Shown: positions 9,853-18,679, counted from the first letter of the stretch. The stretch is 64,000 nucleotides of DNA from Bdellovibrionales bacterium (GCA_965199825.1 OZ241329.1:1632001-1696000); one strand, 5' to 3'. Notes: a model not told the origin generated them from the sequence alone. Translations and numbers: made by a program.

Positions 9853-10455
9853 ATGATTCATCTCAAAAAGAAAGTTTTCTGTTTCGCTAGCACGCTGCTT
9901 TTTTGCCAAGTGATTTGTGCTCAAGAAATGTGCTTGAGCCAACTTGCCAAAGGCCGACTCAGAAATTTTACTTCTGAGCATATCACTGCAGCGACCGCAA
10001 TTTTGAATGACCCTGAAGTGTCACACTATCTGCATGATCATCCCGCAAATGAAATACCCGATGAATTGGCAAAAATGATTCGCCATGAAGACGACTCGTT
10101 GATCAAAGGATATTGGTATCAGGACGAGCTGGTTGCCTTAGTGGGTCTGCAGCACGATAAAAATCAACTGAGATTTATCGCAAGAACCGAATCCGAAAAA
10201 CAGTATCTGATGATGTGGTTTGCGGTTAAGCCTTCACAACAAGGCCGAGGTTTCGGAACAGGTGCAACAAGAGCTCTGCTCGAATTCTTGTTCGACCACA
10301 CGGACCTTCCGGGAGTGTTTGCTTGTTTCAACAAAGAAAATGTTTTCTCTCGAAATTTAGTGGCAAGAGTTGGATTTTCGCTCACCACTCGCATTGGAGC
10401 CAGCGGATTGATCTGCGCTCACCTTAGCCGCGAGCGATTTTTAAATAAACATTAA
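9853..10455 (+). CDS. Signal-peptide-bearing GNAT (RimJ/RimL-like) acetyltransferase
   Basis: QQGRGFGT acetyl-CoA motif, N..S...RVGF motif; N-terminal signal peptide. Confidence 0.8.
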   Translation: MIHLKKKVFCFASTLLFCQVICAQEMCLSQLAKGRLRNFTSEHITAATAILNDPEVSHYLHDHPANEIPDELAKMIRHEDDSLIKGYWYQDELVALVGLQHDKNQLRFIARTESEKQYLMMWFAVKPSQQGRGFGTGATRALLEFLFDHTDLPGVFACFNKENVFSRNLVARVGFSLTTRIGASGLICAHLSRERFLNKH

Positions 10456-11981
10456 TTGTTTGGGCAAGCTAGACCGTGAAGAAGAGCTTCGCGTTGGCCT
10501 GGCACCTGGGATCGAGCAGCAACTTGCAACGCGGTGATTGCGGCTTCATATTTGTCTTTAATATCTTTGCAGACCGCTTTATTTTTTTGGACTTGTTTTG
10601 CTAGCAACTCGCCAACTTCTTTGTGTGTATTCGAATTGCTAGAGGCCGCGTTATCGCGCCATGCGTTTTTAAAGCTATCTAAATTTTGATTCAGCATGAG
10701 TGTTTCAAAACGTTCGTTTTCTTGTGGAGTTTGGCAATTTTCAACATAGGCATTGATCTCGCTAACCTTATAAACATAATTTGTAGATTCAAGTAATTTT
10801 GCATTATCACATTTTTTATAATAGCGCGTGCTCGGTTTAATTTGCGGCGGTTGCGAATTTGCTAATTCCAAAACAGCAATTCCGTTGAAGGGTGCAGTTT
10901 CTTTGGGCGCAGCCGGGGCCGCGTCCGCTTTTAAAATAGGCGATTTTGGAGCTTGTGGTTTTTCTACCGGCGTATTGGCAACCGGTGTGGTGAGCTCAGG
11001 AGCTGGACGGGGAACGGGCACGCTACTCTCATTTATCGATGCAGCCGAAGGGACCGGGACTGAGCCCCCGCCTAAATTCGTTTTGGCGGCGGCTGCTGGG
11101 GGTGGAGTGGCCGAGGCTGTTCGTGGGGCTGGTGAGCTCGCAGTTCTTGGTGAAGTTGCACGCGCAGTTCTTACAGTCGGTCTTACCGCAGCTCCAGAGC
11201 CGCGGCTTCTTGCGTGTGAAGTTCTCGCCGGAGTTGATTTGGGTGCAGCCAGTGGAGTTGAACTTGAAGCTCCCGAACCATAACAATCCTTGCCGCCACA
11301 GGCGACGGTGCAGCCTTCGATATATTTTTCTAAATCTTCTTTTGTTTGAAGCGACATCGCGGTTTTGAATTCGGGCATATAATATTGGCAATAACCATTC
11401 GTGGCGAGACGATGAAGTTCATCGTATTCATCATAGGTTTTTTCGACTTGGTACTGACTGTAGTTACTTATCATAGCATAGCTTTCAGGTTGGAGAGCCA
11501 ACCCACTGCCGCCGTACTGTGCGGCATCGCCGCTCGTTTCATTTGTTCCAAAACTATTTTGATATTTCGATTCTAAAGAAGATTGCGCCTTCTTTTTTCG
11601 CAATTGCTCTCCTAACGACCTTTCAACACCGGTAAAATAATTTTTAAATTGTTCTGTAAAACTACAGTAATCAGATTTGATCCCCGAACCACTCGAAGCA
11701 CAGGCAGAGCTTGCAAATCCGCTGCGCACACTGGTAGTTCCACCAGGCTTTTCTTGGCAATTGGCAACCACTACAGCCCAACGTGTACGAAGGTTTGTAA
11801 ATGTGATTCCCCATTCTACAGGGTGAGATTCAAAGCAAGATGTGGGCGGTGCTTTTGCTGGTGCTATAGGGGTTGAACGTCGGCTTGAACTTGATGTGTC
11901 ATCGTGACATCGGCCTGTTTTTGGATCTCGGTAGCAAGAGTCATCAGCGAAAATAGAAAAACATAAAATTAAAAAAATCAT
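10452..11981 (-). CDS. Secreted Cys-rich protein with central Ala/Pro/Thr/Ser linker
   Basis: Long ORF, short signal peptide, two Cys-containing domains separated by a low-complexity linker. Confidence 0.75.
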   Translation of the reverse strand: MIFLILCFSIFADDSCYRDPKTGRCHDDTSSSSRRSTPIAPAKAPPTSCFESHPVEWGITFTNLRTRWAVVVANCQEKPGGTTSVRSGFASSACASSGSGIKSDYCSFTEQFKNYFTGVERSLGEQLRKKKAQSSLESKYQNSFGTNETSGDAAQYGGSGLALQPESYAMISNYSQYQVEKTYDEYDELHRLATNGYCQYYMPEFKTAMSLQTKEDLEKYIEGCTVACGGKDCYGSGASSSTPLAAPKSTPARTSHARSRGSGAAVRPTVRTARATSPRTASSPAPRTASATPPPAAAAKTNLGGGSVPVPSAASINESSVPVPRPAPELTTPVANTPVEKPQAPKSPILKADAAPAAPKETAPFNGIAVLELANSQPPQIKPSTRYYKKCDNAKLLESTNYVYKVSEINAYVENCQTPQENERFETLMLNQNLDSFKNAWRDNAASSNSNTHKEVGELLAKQVQKNKAVCKDIKDKYEAAITALQVAARSQVPGQREALLHGLACPNN

Positions 11982-12167
11982 ATCTTCATGATCAAGCATT
12001 TTGGCCCAAATAAAAATGGCAGGATAAAAGGCCTAGACCTAGGTCGCTCGTGAAATGATCCGATTTTCGGTCAGCATTCCCGGACCACAAGATTGAAAGA
12101 GTCATGTCATTCTTGTTTGATCAATTACCAAAAATTGCATTTCCCAAAATCAATAAAGGAGATTTCA

Positions 12168-12746
12168 ATGATCGAACAATCTATCGACAATGACTTTAAT
12201 GATTTTAAACTCACATTTTTGCAGTCTATAAAAAAATATCCCGCAGCTTTGAGCCGAATGCTTTGCCGTCCGTTAAAAGCGGTGAAGAGTCAATATTCAG
12301 AATCGTGGGTAGTTTTAGCCTGCTATACTTTTGTGACATGCTTTTTGGCGCAAATGCCGTGGATGATTTCATTTCATTATCCGCCATATTTTTTAAATAC
12401 TTCGTTTAACTTCGTGTTTGATGCTGCGGTAATCAGTTTTGCAATCCACTTATGGACAGCTGCGGAAAATCCCGAGTCGGATACGTTTTTACCAGTTTTT
12501 AAATCACTGCTTATCGCTTTTATGATCAGCACGATCTACTGCTTACCTTTATCGTTCCTAGCGATCCGATACATGGTGATGTTTGCTTTTGTAAGTCAGT
12601 TGATGGTGGGACTCAAAGTCGCCATACTGACATGGCTATTTTATTTTGTTTTTAGAACGCATTCGCATTTGGCCAGAAAACATATTCTTACAGTCAGTGT
12701 ACTTTCGGCCTTTTTCTCAAGCTATATCATTCCGAGTTTATTATGA
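12168..12746 (+). CDS. Multi-pass membrane protein (Yip1-like)
   Basis: AAGGAG RBS before ATG 12168; about 5 hydrophobic segments. Confidence 0.7.
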   Translation: MIEQSIDNDFNDFKLTFLQSIKKYPAALSRMLCRPLKAVKSQYSESWVVLACYTFVTCFLAQMPWMISFHYPPYFLNTSFNFVFDAAVISFAIHLWTAAENPESDTFLPVFKSLLIAFMISTIYCLPLSFLAIRYMVMFAFVSQLMVGLKVAILTWLFYFVFRTHSHLARKHILTVSVLSAFFSSYIIPSLL

Positions 12747-12910
12747 TCACCATTTTTTTGTTGGCTGCGTTGGCGGATCCCGTACCACCGGTAAAAAAAG
12801 AAATTCCGGTGGGTGCTCGACCAGATCCAAAAATTCAAATTAAAAAATTAGAAAAGTCGGTGGATAAAATCCTGATTTGGAAAAATAAGCTTGAAGGATT
12901 TCATTGGTGA
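12743..12910 (+). CDS. Small putative exported protein (55 aa; not in ORF track)
   Basis: ATGA overlap with previous stop; MITIFLLAALADPVPPVKKE...EGFHW*. Confidence 0.45.
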   Translation: MITIFLLAALADPVPPVKKEIPVGARPDPKIQIKKLEKSVDKILIWKNKLEGFHW

Positions 12911-13254
12911 TTGAGCTTCGATTTTAGATATGTCGAAATCTCAGTCCGGCCATAAATCCTTTGAAGTAACTCAAAGCCCTGAGCGCCCATAAAATCCTCA
13001 ACCGTTTGGCGAGATTGGTCATGCTCAGCAAAGACTTTATCAAGACGGTAGGAGTGGCGGCAAGCCGGGGTTTGAGCCACCACCTGATTATCACAGATAA
13101 TGCGGATCGGGAAAATGCAAAACATGAGATCATTGAATACGTCTTTAGAGTAGCACGCCGAACTACTTTGAATTTGTTGCGGATTAAAAACTTCGACTTC
13201 ACCAAATTGTGTGGCGCTAGCAAAAAAACAAATTATGAGTTGAACCAAAATCAT
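12901..13254 (-). CDS. Small secreted 4-Cys protein, paralog 4
   Basis: Signal peptide; C..C..I.IIC...VVAQ...C..FM..QGF pattern shared with neighbours. Confidence 0.75.
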   Translation of the reverse strand: MILVQLIICFFASATQFGEVEVFNPQQIQSSSACYSKDVFNDLMFCIFPIRIICDNQVVAQTPACRHSYRLDKVFAEHDQSRQTVEDFMGAQGFELLQRIYGRTEISTYLKSKLNHQ

Positions 13255-13272
13255 CGGATCTCCTGGGTAAAA

Positions 13273-13635
13273 TTAATTCTTTCGATTAAAAGTTAAGAAA
13301 TGAATCTGGGTGGTTGGATTCAAAAGATATTTATAGGATTGATCCAACACAAAACCTTGATCAGTCATAAACTGGTGAATGGCTTCATAGGATGTGTCGA
13401 CCTCTTCTGATTTGCGAAAAATATTAAGGCCTTCGGAACAGGCATTCACCTCGGCCACCACAGTCTCATCGCAAATCAGTTCGATCGGCATTAAGCAAAT
13501 TTGTCGATCCACGAGTACGCAGTTGTTTGAGGCAGAGAGTCTCTGCTGATCGATCACACTTACAATTCCCAGATCGAGCCCGTAAGCGGTAAGCGATTTA
13601 AGAAAGATCGAAACGATGATTAAATAGAATTTCAT
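13273..13635 (-). CDS. Small secreted 4-Cys protein, paralog 3
   Basis: VSVIDQQRLS...C...C..PIELIC...VVAE...C...FM..QGF..DQ. Confidence 0.8.
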   Translation of the reverse strand: MKFYLIIVSIFLKSLTAYGLDLGIVSVIDQQRLSASNNCVLVDRQICLMPIELICDETVVAEVNACSEGLNIFRKSEEVDTSYEAIHQFMTDQGFVLDQSYKYLLNPTTQIHFLTFNRKN

Positions 13636-14004
13636 TTAGTCTTTGGTGACGGTCATCACTCTGTACGCCGCGCCATATCGAAGGGCCTTCGAATTAAGAT
13701 AAAGATCTTGATCAATTTTAAAACCGTTGGAACGAATGAAATCTTTTGTGGTGGCCCAGGAAAGCTCTGCGTCCCGCCTTTTACGTGAATTGCCAGAGTA
13801 TGCGGAACATTGTTCGAGTTCCGCCACAACTTTATTTCCACAAGCGATAGTGATTTTTTCACCGCAATAGGGGGACGCTGTAACGATACAGCTTCTTGCT
13901 TGAGACAAAACGGCTTGATCTAAAACATGGACTTCAAGGCCCAGCGCCGCTTCGCAAGTAAAGACGATCAGAAGAGACAAAAAGTTTACAAGAGATTTGT
14001 TCAT
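13636..14004 (-). CDS. Small secreted 4-Cys protein, paralog 2
   Basis: AAGGAG RBS before ATG 14004; VHVLDQAVLSQARSC... Confidence 0.8.
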   Translation of the reverse strand: MNKSLVNFLSLLIVFTCEAALGLEVHVLDQAVLSQARSCIVTASPYCGEKITIACGNKVVAELEQCSAYSGNSRKRRDAELSWATTKDFIRSNGFKIDQDLYLNSKALRYGAAYRVMTVTKD

Positions 14005-14096
14005 TGGGAGCTGCTCCTTAGATTTCGGAAACCTATTGCAAGATATAATCCCAAGATGCGCCCCATAAATGTTTTTTATTAATCTTGCTACCGACT

Positions 14097-14453
14097 TCAA
14101 TTTTTTATGAAAGTGATAAGTGGGACTTTGCCGTTTTTCCAAATTAAAAATTTAAGTGACTGATCAACCTCAAATTTCTCTCGGTGCATGAACGCCGTGA
14201 GAGTTGAAATGGCGACAGAGTGTTGTTCTGCAGTTTTATTTCTAAAAAAAGTTGTACAGCCCATAATCTCGGCGGTGACTCGACCCCCGCAAAACAGTTG
14301 AATTGGATCTCCGCAATCTCTGACATCAAGAATTAAACAAGATTTTGCCTGAGAGAGATTTTTTTGATCCAAAACATGGACCTTTGAAAAGTCCTGAGCT
14401 TGGCTTAAAATAATATTAGAAAAGATGAGAAAATTTACGAAAGTCATGAACAT
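14097..14453 (-). CDS. Small secreted 4-Cys protein, paralog 1
   Basis: AGGAGG RBS; VHVLDQKNLSQAKSC... Confidence 0.8.
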   Translation of the reverse strand: MFMTFVNFLIFSNIILSQAQDFSKVHVLDQKNLSQAKSCLILDVRDCGDPIQLFCGGRVTAEIMGCTTFFRNKTAEQHSVAISTLTAFMHREKFEVDQSLKFLIWKNGKVPLITFIKN

Positions 14454-14673
14454 CGAGGCCTCCTAGCAAGGAGGTTTAAGGCTTAAAATTTTTGTTTTCT
14501 AAGGATTTTTACTGCTCATCCAATAAAAACCAGTTTGTTTAGTTGTTATCGTAGCATCGGTAACATGCTCAATGCTCTTTTGACTGGATCTAATACGTCG
14601 ACTTGGTTTCTCTCGAAGGTCCTTCTTTACATAACAGAATTGTCTTAATGAATTTTTTGCCTTGATTTCATTC

Positions 14674-15124
14674 GTGCTCGGAAGAGGACTTGTTGTTCAC
14701 GGAGCTGCTCGTGCCGCTCCTCCACAGACGGGGAAGCCGCTCGTCAGCCATCGTGGCTGCCGCATCTTGCCGAATGCTTCCTTTGGTCGCATCCAACAAG
14801 ACGACGCGACTTCTCTTCAAGTCCTCTTCTTACAATGCTGTGCGATTGTTATTTGAATTTGTTGGTTTAATTTTTCTTTTGTTTTTTTGGTGCTCGGAAG
14901 AGGACTTGTTGTTCACGGAGCGGCTTGTGCCGCTCCTCCACAGACGGGGAAGCCGCTCGTCAGCCATCGTGGCTGCCGCATCTTGCCGAATGCTTCCTTT
15001 GGTCGCATCCAACAAGACGACGCGACTTCTCTTCAAGTCCTCTTCTTACAATGCTGTGCGATTCTTATTTAAATTTGTTGGTTTAATTTTTCTTTTGTTT
15101 TTTTGGTGCTCGGAAGAGGACTTG
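14674..15124 (-). repeat. tRNA-linked tandem repeat, 216-bp period (about 2.1 copies); each unit ends in the tRNA-Leu 3' end
   Basis: GTGCTCGGAAGAGGACTTG starts at 14674, 14890 and 15106; the two full units differ at 4 positions. Confidence 0.95.
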
Positions 15125-15190
15125 AACCTCCACACCCTTTCGAGCACAGGCTTCTGAGACCTGTGTGTCTACCAATTTCACCATCCGAGC
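15104..15190 (-). tRNA. tRNA-Leu(CAG)
   Basis: Reverse complement GCTCGGATGGTGAAATTGGTAGACAC...CTCAGAA...GGTTCAAGTCCTCTTCCGAGCACCA; long variable arm. Confidence 0.96.
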
Positions 15191-15232
15191 AGTGAGCACT
15201 AGTAATGAATGCTTTGGGGGTTTTAGGTCAAC

Positions 15233-16072
15233 TTATTTTGGTACCGAGGCTGGCATTCTTGACGAGGCCGAATCAGGCGCACGAAGCGACAAAATCCCTG
15301 AACCTGGAATCTCATTAAAATCTTGGGCGGTAAAAAAAGTTCGGGATTTTAATTCGCGAAACAGTTCGGCCCCCGACAAATGATTTTTGAGATCATCAAG
15401 ATCTGACAATGTGGACTGATAAATTCTTTGGCCAAATCGCTCAACATCCGCAATCAACGGACCGCGTAGGGGATCGAGACGCACGATATATTTTAAATGC
15501 GAAGGTTCAAGTTCTGCAGAGCACAGCACGTAAGGGGACAACTGAACATCCACTGCCACATGGGGTTCTGAACAACGATAACTGGCATTATCCTTTGGGG
15601 TGGAGCACGCAAATCTTGAGATGTGGGTGACTCGTGGCTCAGCTGGAAATGCATGAACACGTGCTCGAACATTACTGTCGCCTTTGGCGCCTAAAATATC
15701 GAGTTGGTGTTTTTCGCTGCGGGCGCCGGCACGGGCTAAGAGGCCCAAGTATTTTTCGCGCACCCAAAAGGAAAATAAAAATTCGATTTCGGTGTGATGG
15801 TCTTCTTGAAAGCCTTTAAGTGCTTTGAGTCGCTCAAGCCAAGTGTCGGCATCAAAGGCTTTGACCAAACCTTCAGCTTGTTCAAAACGCGAATCATCTT
15901 TCGCGGCATAAAGACTTTTGTGAATCGGCTGCAAACGCGCACGTAAAACTTCGGCGACATCGACCTTTAAAGTTTTTTGCATACTTTGTTTGTCGTGGTC
16001 CGAGAGTTCGCGACAGGTCAGCAAATCATCGGCATAGCTCAATGAGAGAATCAATAAAAGTGAGATCATCAC
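15233..16072 (-). CDS. Secreted hypothetical protein
   Basis: Signal peptide; 279-aa ORF co-oriented with upstream methyltransferase. Confidence 0.7.
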   Translation of the reverse strand: MMISLLLILSLSYADDLLTCRELSDHDKQSMQKTLKVDVAEVLRARLQPIHKSLYAAKDDSRFEQAEGLVKAFDADTWLERLKALKGFQEDHHTEIEFLFSFWVREKYLGLLARAGARSEKHQLDILGAKGDSNVRARVHAFPAEPRVTHISRFACSTPKDNASYRCSEPHVAVDVQLSPYVLCSAELEPSHLKYIVRLDPLRGPLIADVERFGQRIYQSTLSDLDDLKNHLSGAELFRELKSRTFFTAQDFNEIPGSGILSLRAPDSASSRMPASVPK

Positions 16073-16076
16073 AACT

Positions 16077-16829
16077 TTATCGGTCGGTTTTGACTAACTT
16101 TAGAGCGTGGTCAAAGGTCCAGCGACGAAAGGCCAGGGTGCACTGCTTTTTCCCACCAAAGCCGGGGCGTTTGCTCAAAAAAAATTGATTTTGTTTGAGG
16201 CACCGATTCAACACGCCCTTGGCGGCGTAAGAAGCGAGGATACAGGTTGGGTCAGCAAATTCTTTGATGAAATGATTTAGCCACTGTTCCGACCAAAACT
16301 GCGACTCCATTTTTTCGCTAAATGGATCGTACAAAATCCCATTAAATAAGGTTTGAGTTTGAGGATGATCATCTAATGCCCCAAAAATTACGAGCTGTGA
16401 GGTCTTTATCCAGAGTTTCAGTTTTTGATAAATGAGTTTGGGGTCGATCTCCAAAGTTTTTGCGACACTTTCCACCACAATCAAATTTTCAAGAGCAATC
16501 GAATCCAAAAAATATTGGGTTAAGGCCTGTTCTTTTTCGTAGGAATGAATCACTCCAAAATCTTTGTTATATTTTAAACTTAAAGCGGCACATAAAACTT
16601 CGGAATATCCGAGGCCGAGTCCCACGTTGATAATTTTGGGTTGAGGATAAAAACTGAGTAGCAATTCCAAAAGTTCACCGTAAACGTAAATAGTTTCGGA
16701 TAAAGCTCCGCGTTGGTTGTGCATCAGTTCGGTTTGGCCGTGCTCATCTGTAAAAAGAACCGAGGGCGACCCGTCTTCGGTGAGCAATATCTGGCTCCCC
16801 CTCAATTTTAAGTCTATAAGCTGTGACAT
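16077..16829 (-). CDS. mnmD: MnmC-type methyltransferase domain protein (tRNA mnm5s2U34 methyltransferase, MnmD-like)
   Basis: TEDGSPS, H...GALSET.YVY, VGLGLG, YDPFS, PGFGGKK motifs. Confidence 0.75.
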   Translation of the reverse strand: MSQLIDLKLRGSQILLTEDGSPSVLFTDEHGQTELMHNQRGALSETIYVYGELLELLLSFYPQPKIINVGLGLGYSEVLCAALSLKYNKDFGVIHSYEKEQALTQYFLDSIALENLIVVESVAKTLEIDPKLIYQKLKLWIKTSQLVIFGALDDHPQTQTLFNGILYDPFSEKMESQFWSEQWLNHFIKEFADPTCILASYAAKGVLNRCLKQNQFFLSKRPGFGGKKQCTLAFRRWTFDHALKLVKTDR

Positions 16830-17775
16830 GTCTTACTTTCCGATTAGTGAATTCTATAAAAAACGTTTTGGCGAAAAGGTCTATAAAATTCCTGTGAGCA
16901 CCGCCGGAAGTTGTCCCAACCGTGAAGGTCTTAAAGGAATGAAGACCTGTAATTTTTGTGATGTTTGGGGCTCGGCGGCCTATCCTGAATCGCGCGAACT
17001 TTCGCTCGTTGATCAGATTAAAAAAACAAGAGCCACAATCCAGGCTCATACCAATGCCAAAAAATTTTTGGTTTACTTTCAAGCCTACACAAACACATTT
17101 CAAAAATCTAAAATTCTCAAAAACCAATTTGAAGTCGCTAAACAATTTTCGGATGTGATTGGTTTTGTTGTTGGCACGAGGCCAGACTGTTTATCAGATG
17201 CGGTTTTAGAATTGTGGAATGAAACATCCCAATCTCATTTTGTCGCGGTCGAAATGGGATTACAGAGTTTTTCGGAATCCCAACTGGTCTGGATGAGGCG
17301 CGGTCATACCGCCCAAAAATGTGTGGAGGCTCTTTATCGCCTTCATCGTGACACACCAAAAGTGGATTTAGGAATTCATCTTATTTTTGGTCTGCCGGGT
17401 GAGACCAATCAGGATATCGTTGAGGCCGCAAAAAAGACCAATGATTTGCCAATCACAAATATAAAACTTCATCATCTTCATGTGCTCGAAAAAACGCCAC
17501 TCGAGCAAGATTATCGCAGAGGATTATTTACGCCGCTGGATCTTAAAGAGTATGCCGAGCGTGTCGCCTTGTTTTTACAACATTTACGAAAAGACATTGC
17601 GGTTCATCGCTTATCGGCCCTTTCAAGACGGAGTGACGAATTGATCGCACCCGATTGGACCGCAAAAAAAATGGCGATCTATCAAACTATTTTGGATGAG
17701 TTAAAGGTTCAGAAAGCTTATCAAGGGCAGCTTTATCAAGACGAATCTCATTGCCCTTCATCTCAGTATTCCTAA
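16828..17775 (+). CDS. TIGR01212 (YhcC/YtqA/MnmL-like) radical SAM protein
   Basis: FGEKVYKI, CPNR...CNFC, YFQAYTNT, GTRPDC, RGH, HLIFGLPGE. Confidence 0.9.
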   Translation: MSYFPISEFYKKRFGEKVYKIPVSTAGSCPNREGLKGMKTCNFCDVWGSAAYPESRELSLVDQIKKTRATIQAHTNAKKFLVYFQAYTNTFQKSKILKNQFEVAKQFSDVIGFVVGTRPDCLSDAVLELWNETSQSHFVAVEMGLQSFSESQLVWMRRGHTAQKCVEALYRLHRDTPKVDLGIHLIFGLPGETNQDIVEAAKKTNDLPITNIKLHHLHVLEKTPLEQDYRRGLFTPLDLKEYAERVALFLQHLRKDIAVHRLSALSRRSDELIAPDWTAKKMAIYQTILDELKVQKAYQGQLYQDESHCPSSQYS

Positions 17776-18679
17776 AATCAGGGATTAGATTCCCATGGGG
17801 AAATCCGACAAAATCTTTTTTTATTTTTGTTAGCACCGAAATAAATTCTCGATTGGAATCCCTACAGATTGCTTGGCGCACTTTGCCGTTTTCAAAAAGA
17901 GTGTCTCCGATCACGCGGGCATGGTGCTCAGTAGAATTTTTTAATATTTTACTGCCAATCAAATACGAGTGGGTGAGGCTGCGATTTTTGATTGGCATAT
18001 AGGATTCAAGTTCAATCAACCAATCTGGCCGATCAGGAAAAAACCGATCATGGCAAAAATCGGTTTTTGAATGAATCAACAGCGGGCAGTCTTGCTGATG
18101 AGTGCAAGGCGCCAGTATTGAATAACCAGACTCGATCAATTGTTTTCTCCAGGCCATCAGCCGTCGGCTTTGATCGGTCTGTGAGGGTTCGATAATCAAA
18201 AAGTGGTTAGATCGCAAATGGGGTGTTTCGATTTCATTGATGCTGTAAGAAAAAATTCCGCAGCCCGAGTTGGGGATTTTTTTTAAGCGTTGTGGCCTTT
18301 TGATATTAAAAAAATCGCAAAGATCATTGTGCAGTTCAAAGGCGGTGTTAGATTTTTCAATCACTCCATAATCACAGTCAATTCCGGATTCAAACAAAGC
18401 CAGTTGAAAGTTGCCAGCACCACTCCCAACTTCAAAAACCTGATCAAAAATCTGAGGGGGAGTTTCTTTGAGCACATGCTGAATGCGCAAATAATTATAT
18501 GGAAAAAAATAAGCCAAGTACGCCGCGGGTGAACGGTCCCATGGAGTCGTCTTTATGGGTTGTTGAAAATAAGTCGAGAGCTGAATCACTTGCTGGCTCA
18601 GTTTTTTAAAATCCCTTGGCAGTTCAATACCAAAATTTTTGAGTTTTAAAAAAATCCAATCTGACAATTTGGGATTCAT
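17687..18679 (-). CDS. Rsm22-like SAM-dependent methyltransferase
   Basis: AYLAYFFP, EVGSGAG, IIEP, APCTHQQDCPL...FCH motifs. Confidence 0.75.
   Translation of the reverse strand: MNPKLSDWIFLKLKNFGIELPRDFKKLSQQVIQLSTYFQQPIKTTPWDRSPAAYLAYFFPYNYLRIQHVLKETPPQIFDQVFEVGSGAGNFQLALFESGIDCDYGVIEKSNTAFELHNDLCDFFNIKRPQRLKKIPNSGCGIFSYSINEIETPHLRSNHFLIIEPSQTDQSRRLMAWRKQLIESGYSILAPCTHQQDCPLLIHSKTDFCHDRFFPDRPDWLIELESYMPIKNRSLTHSYLIGSKILKNSTEHHARVIGDTLFENGKVRQAICRDSNREFISVLTKIKKDFVGFPHGNLIPDFRNTEMKGNEIRLDKAALDKLSEPLTHPK

Noticed and set aside
10828..11391. Overlapping ORFs inside the low-complexity linker
   Set aside because: Shadow frames of the Ala/Pro/Thr-rich coding sequence
67..14673. Prophage or integrative element
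   Set aside because: No integrase, phage genes or distant direct repeat of either tRNA end recognised; the region includes the housekeeping gene ppa
14890..15045. Hammerhead ribozyme in the repeat (CTGACGA on minus strand)
   Set aside because: No GAAA follows the candidate stem II, so the core is incomplete
14674..15124. CRISPR array
   Set aside because: The segments between the short repeats are near-identical 216-bp units, the repeat is the tRNA 3' end, and no cas genes are present
14662..15157. ORFs across the repeat (155 aa +, 68 aa -, and others)
   Set aside because: Explained by the 216-bp (3n) period and GC-rich hairpins; the long one runs antisense into the tRNA and none has a well-spaced RBS
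17687..17775. 89-bp convergent 3' overlap as a regulatory feature
   Set aside because: Tail-to-tail overlaps are common in this compact window and both tails look non-conserved
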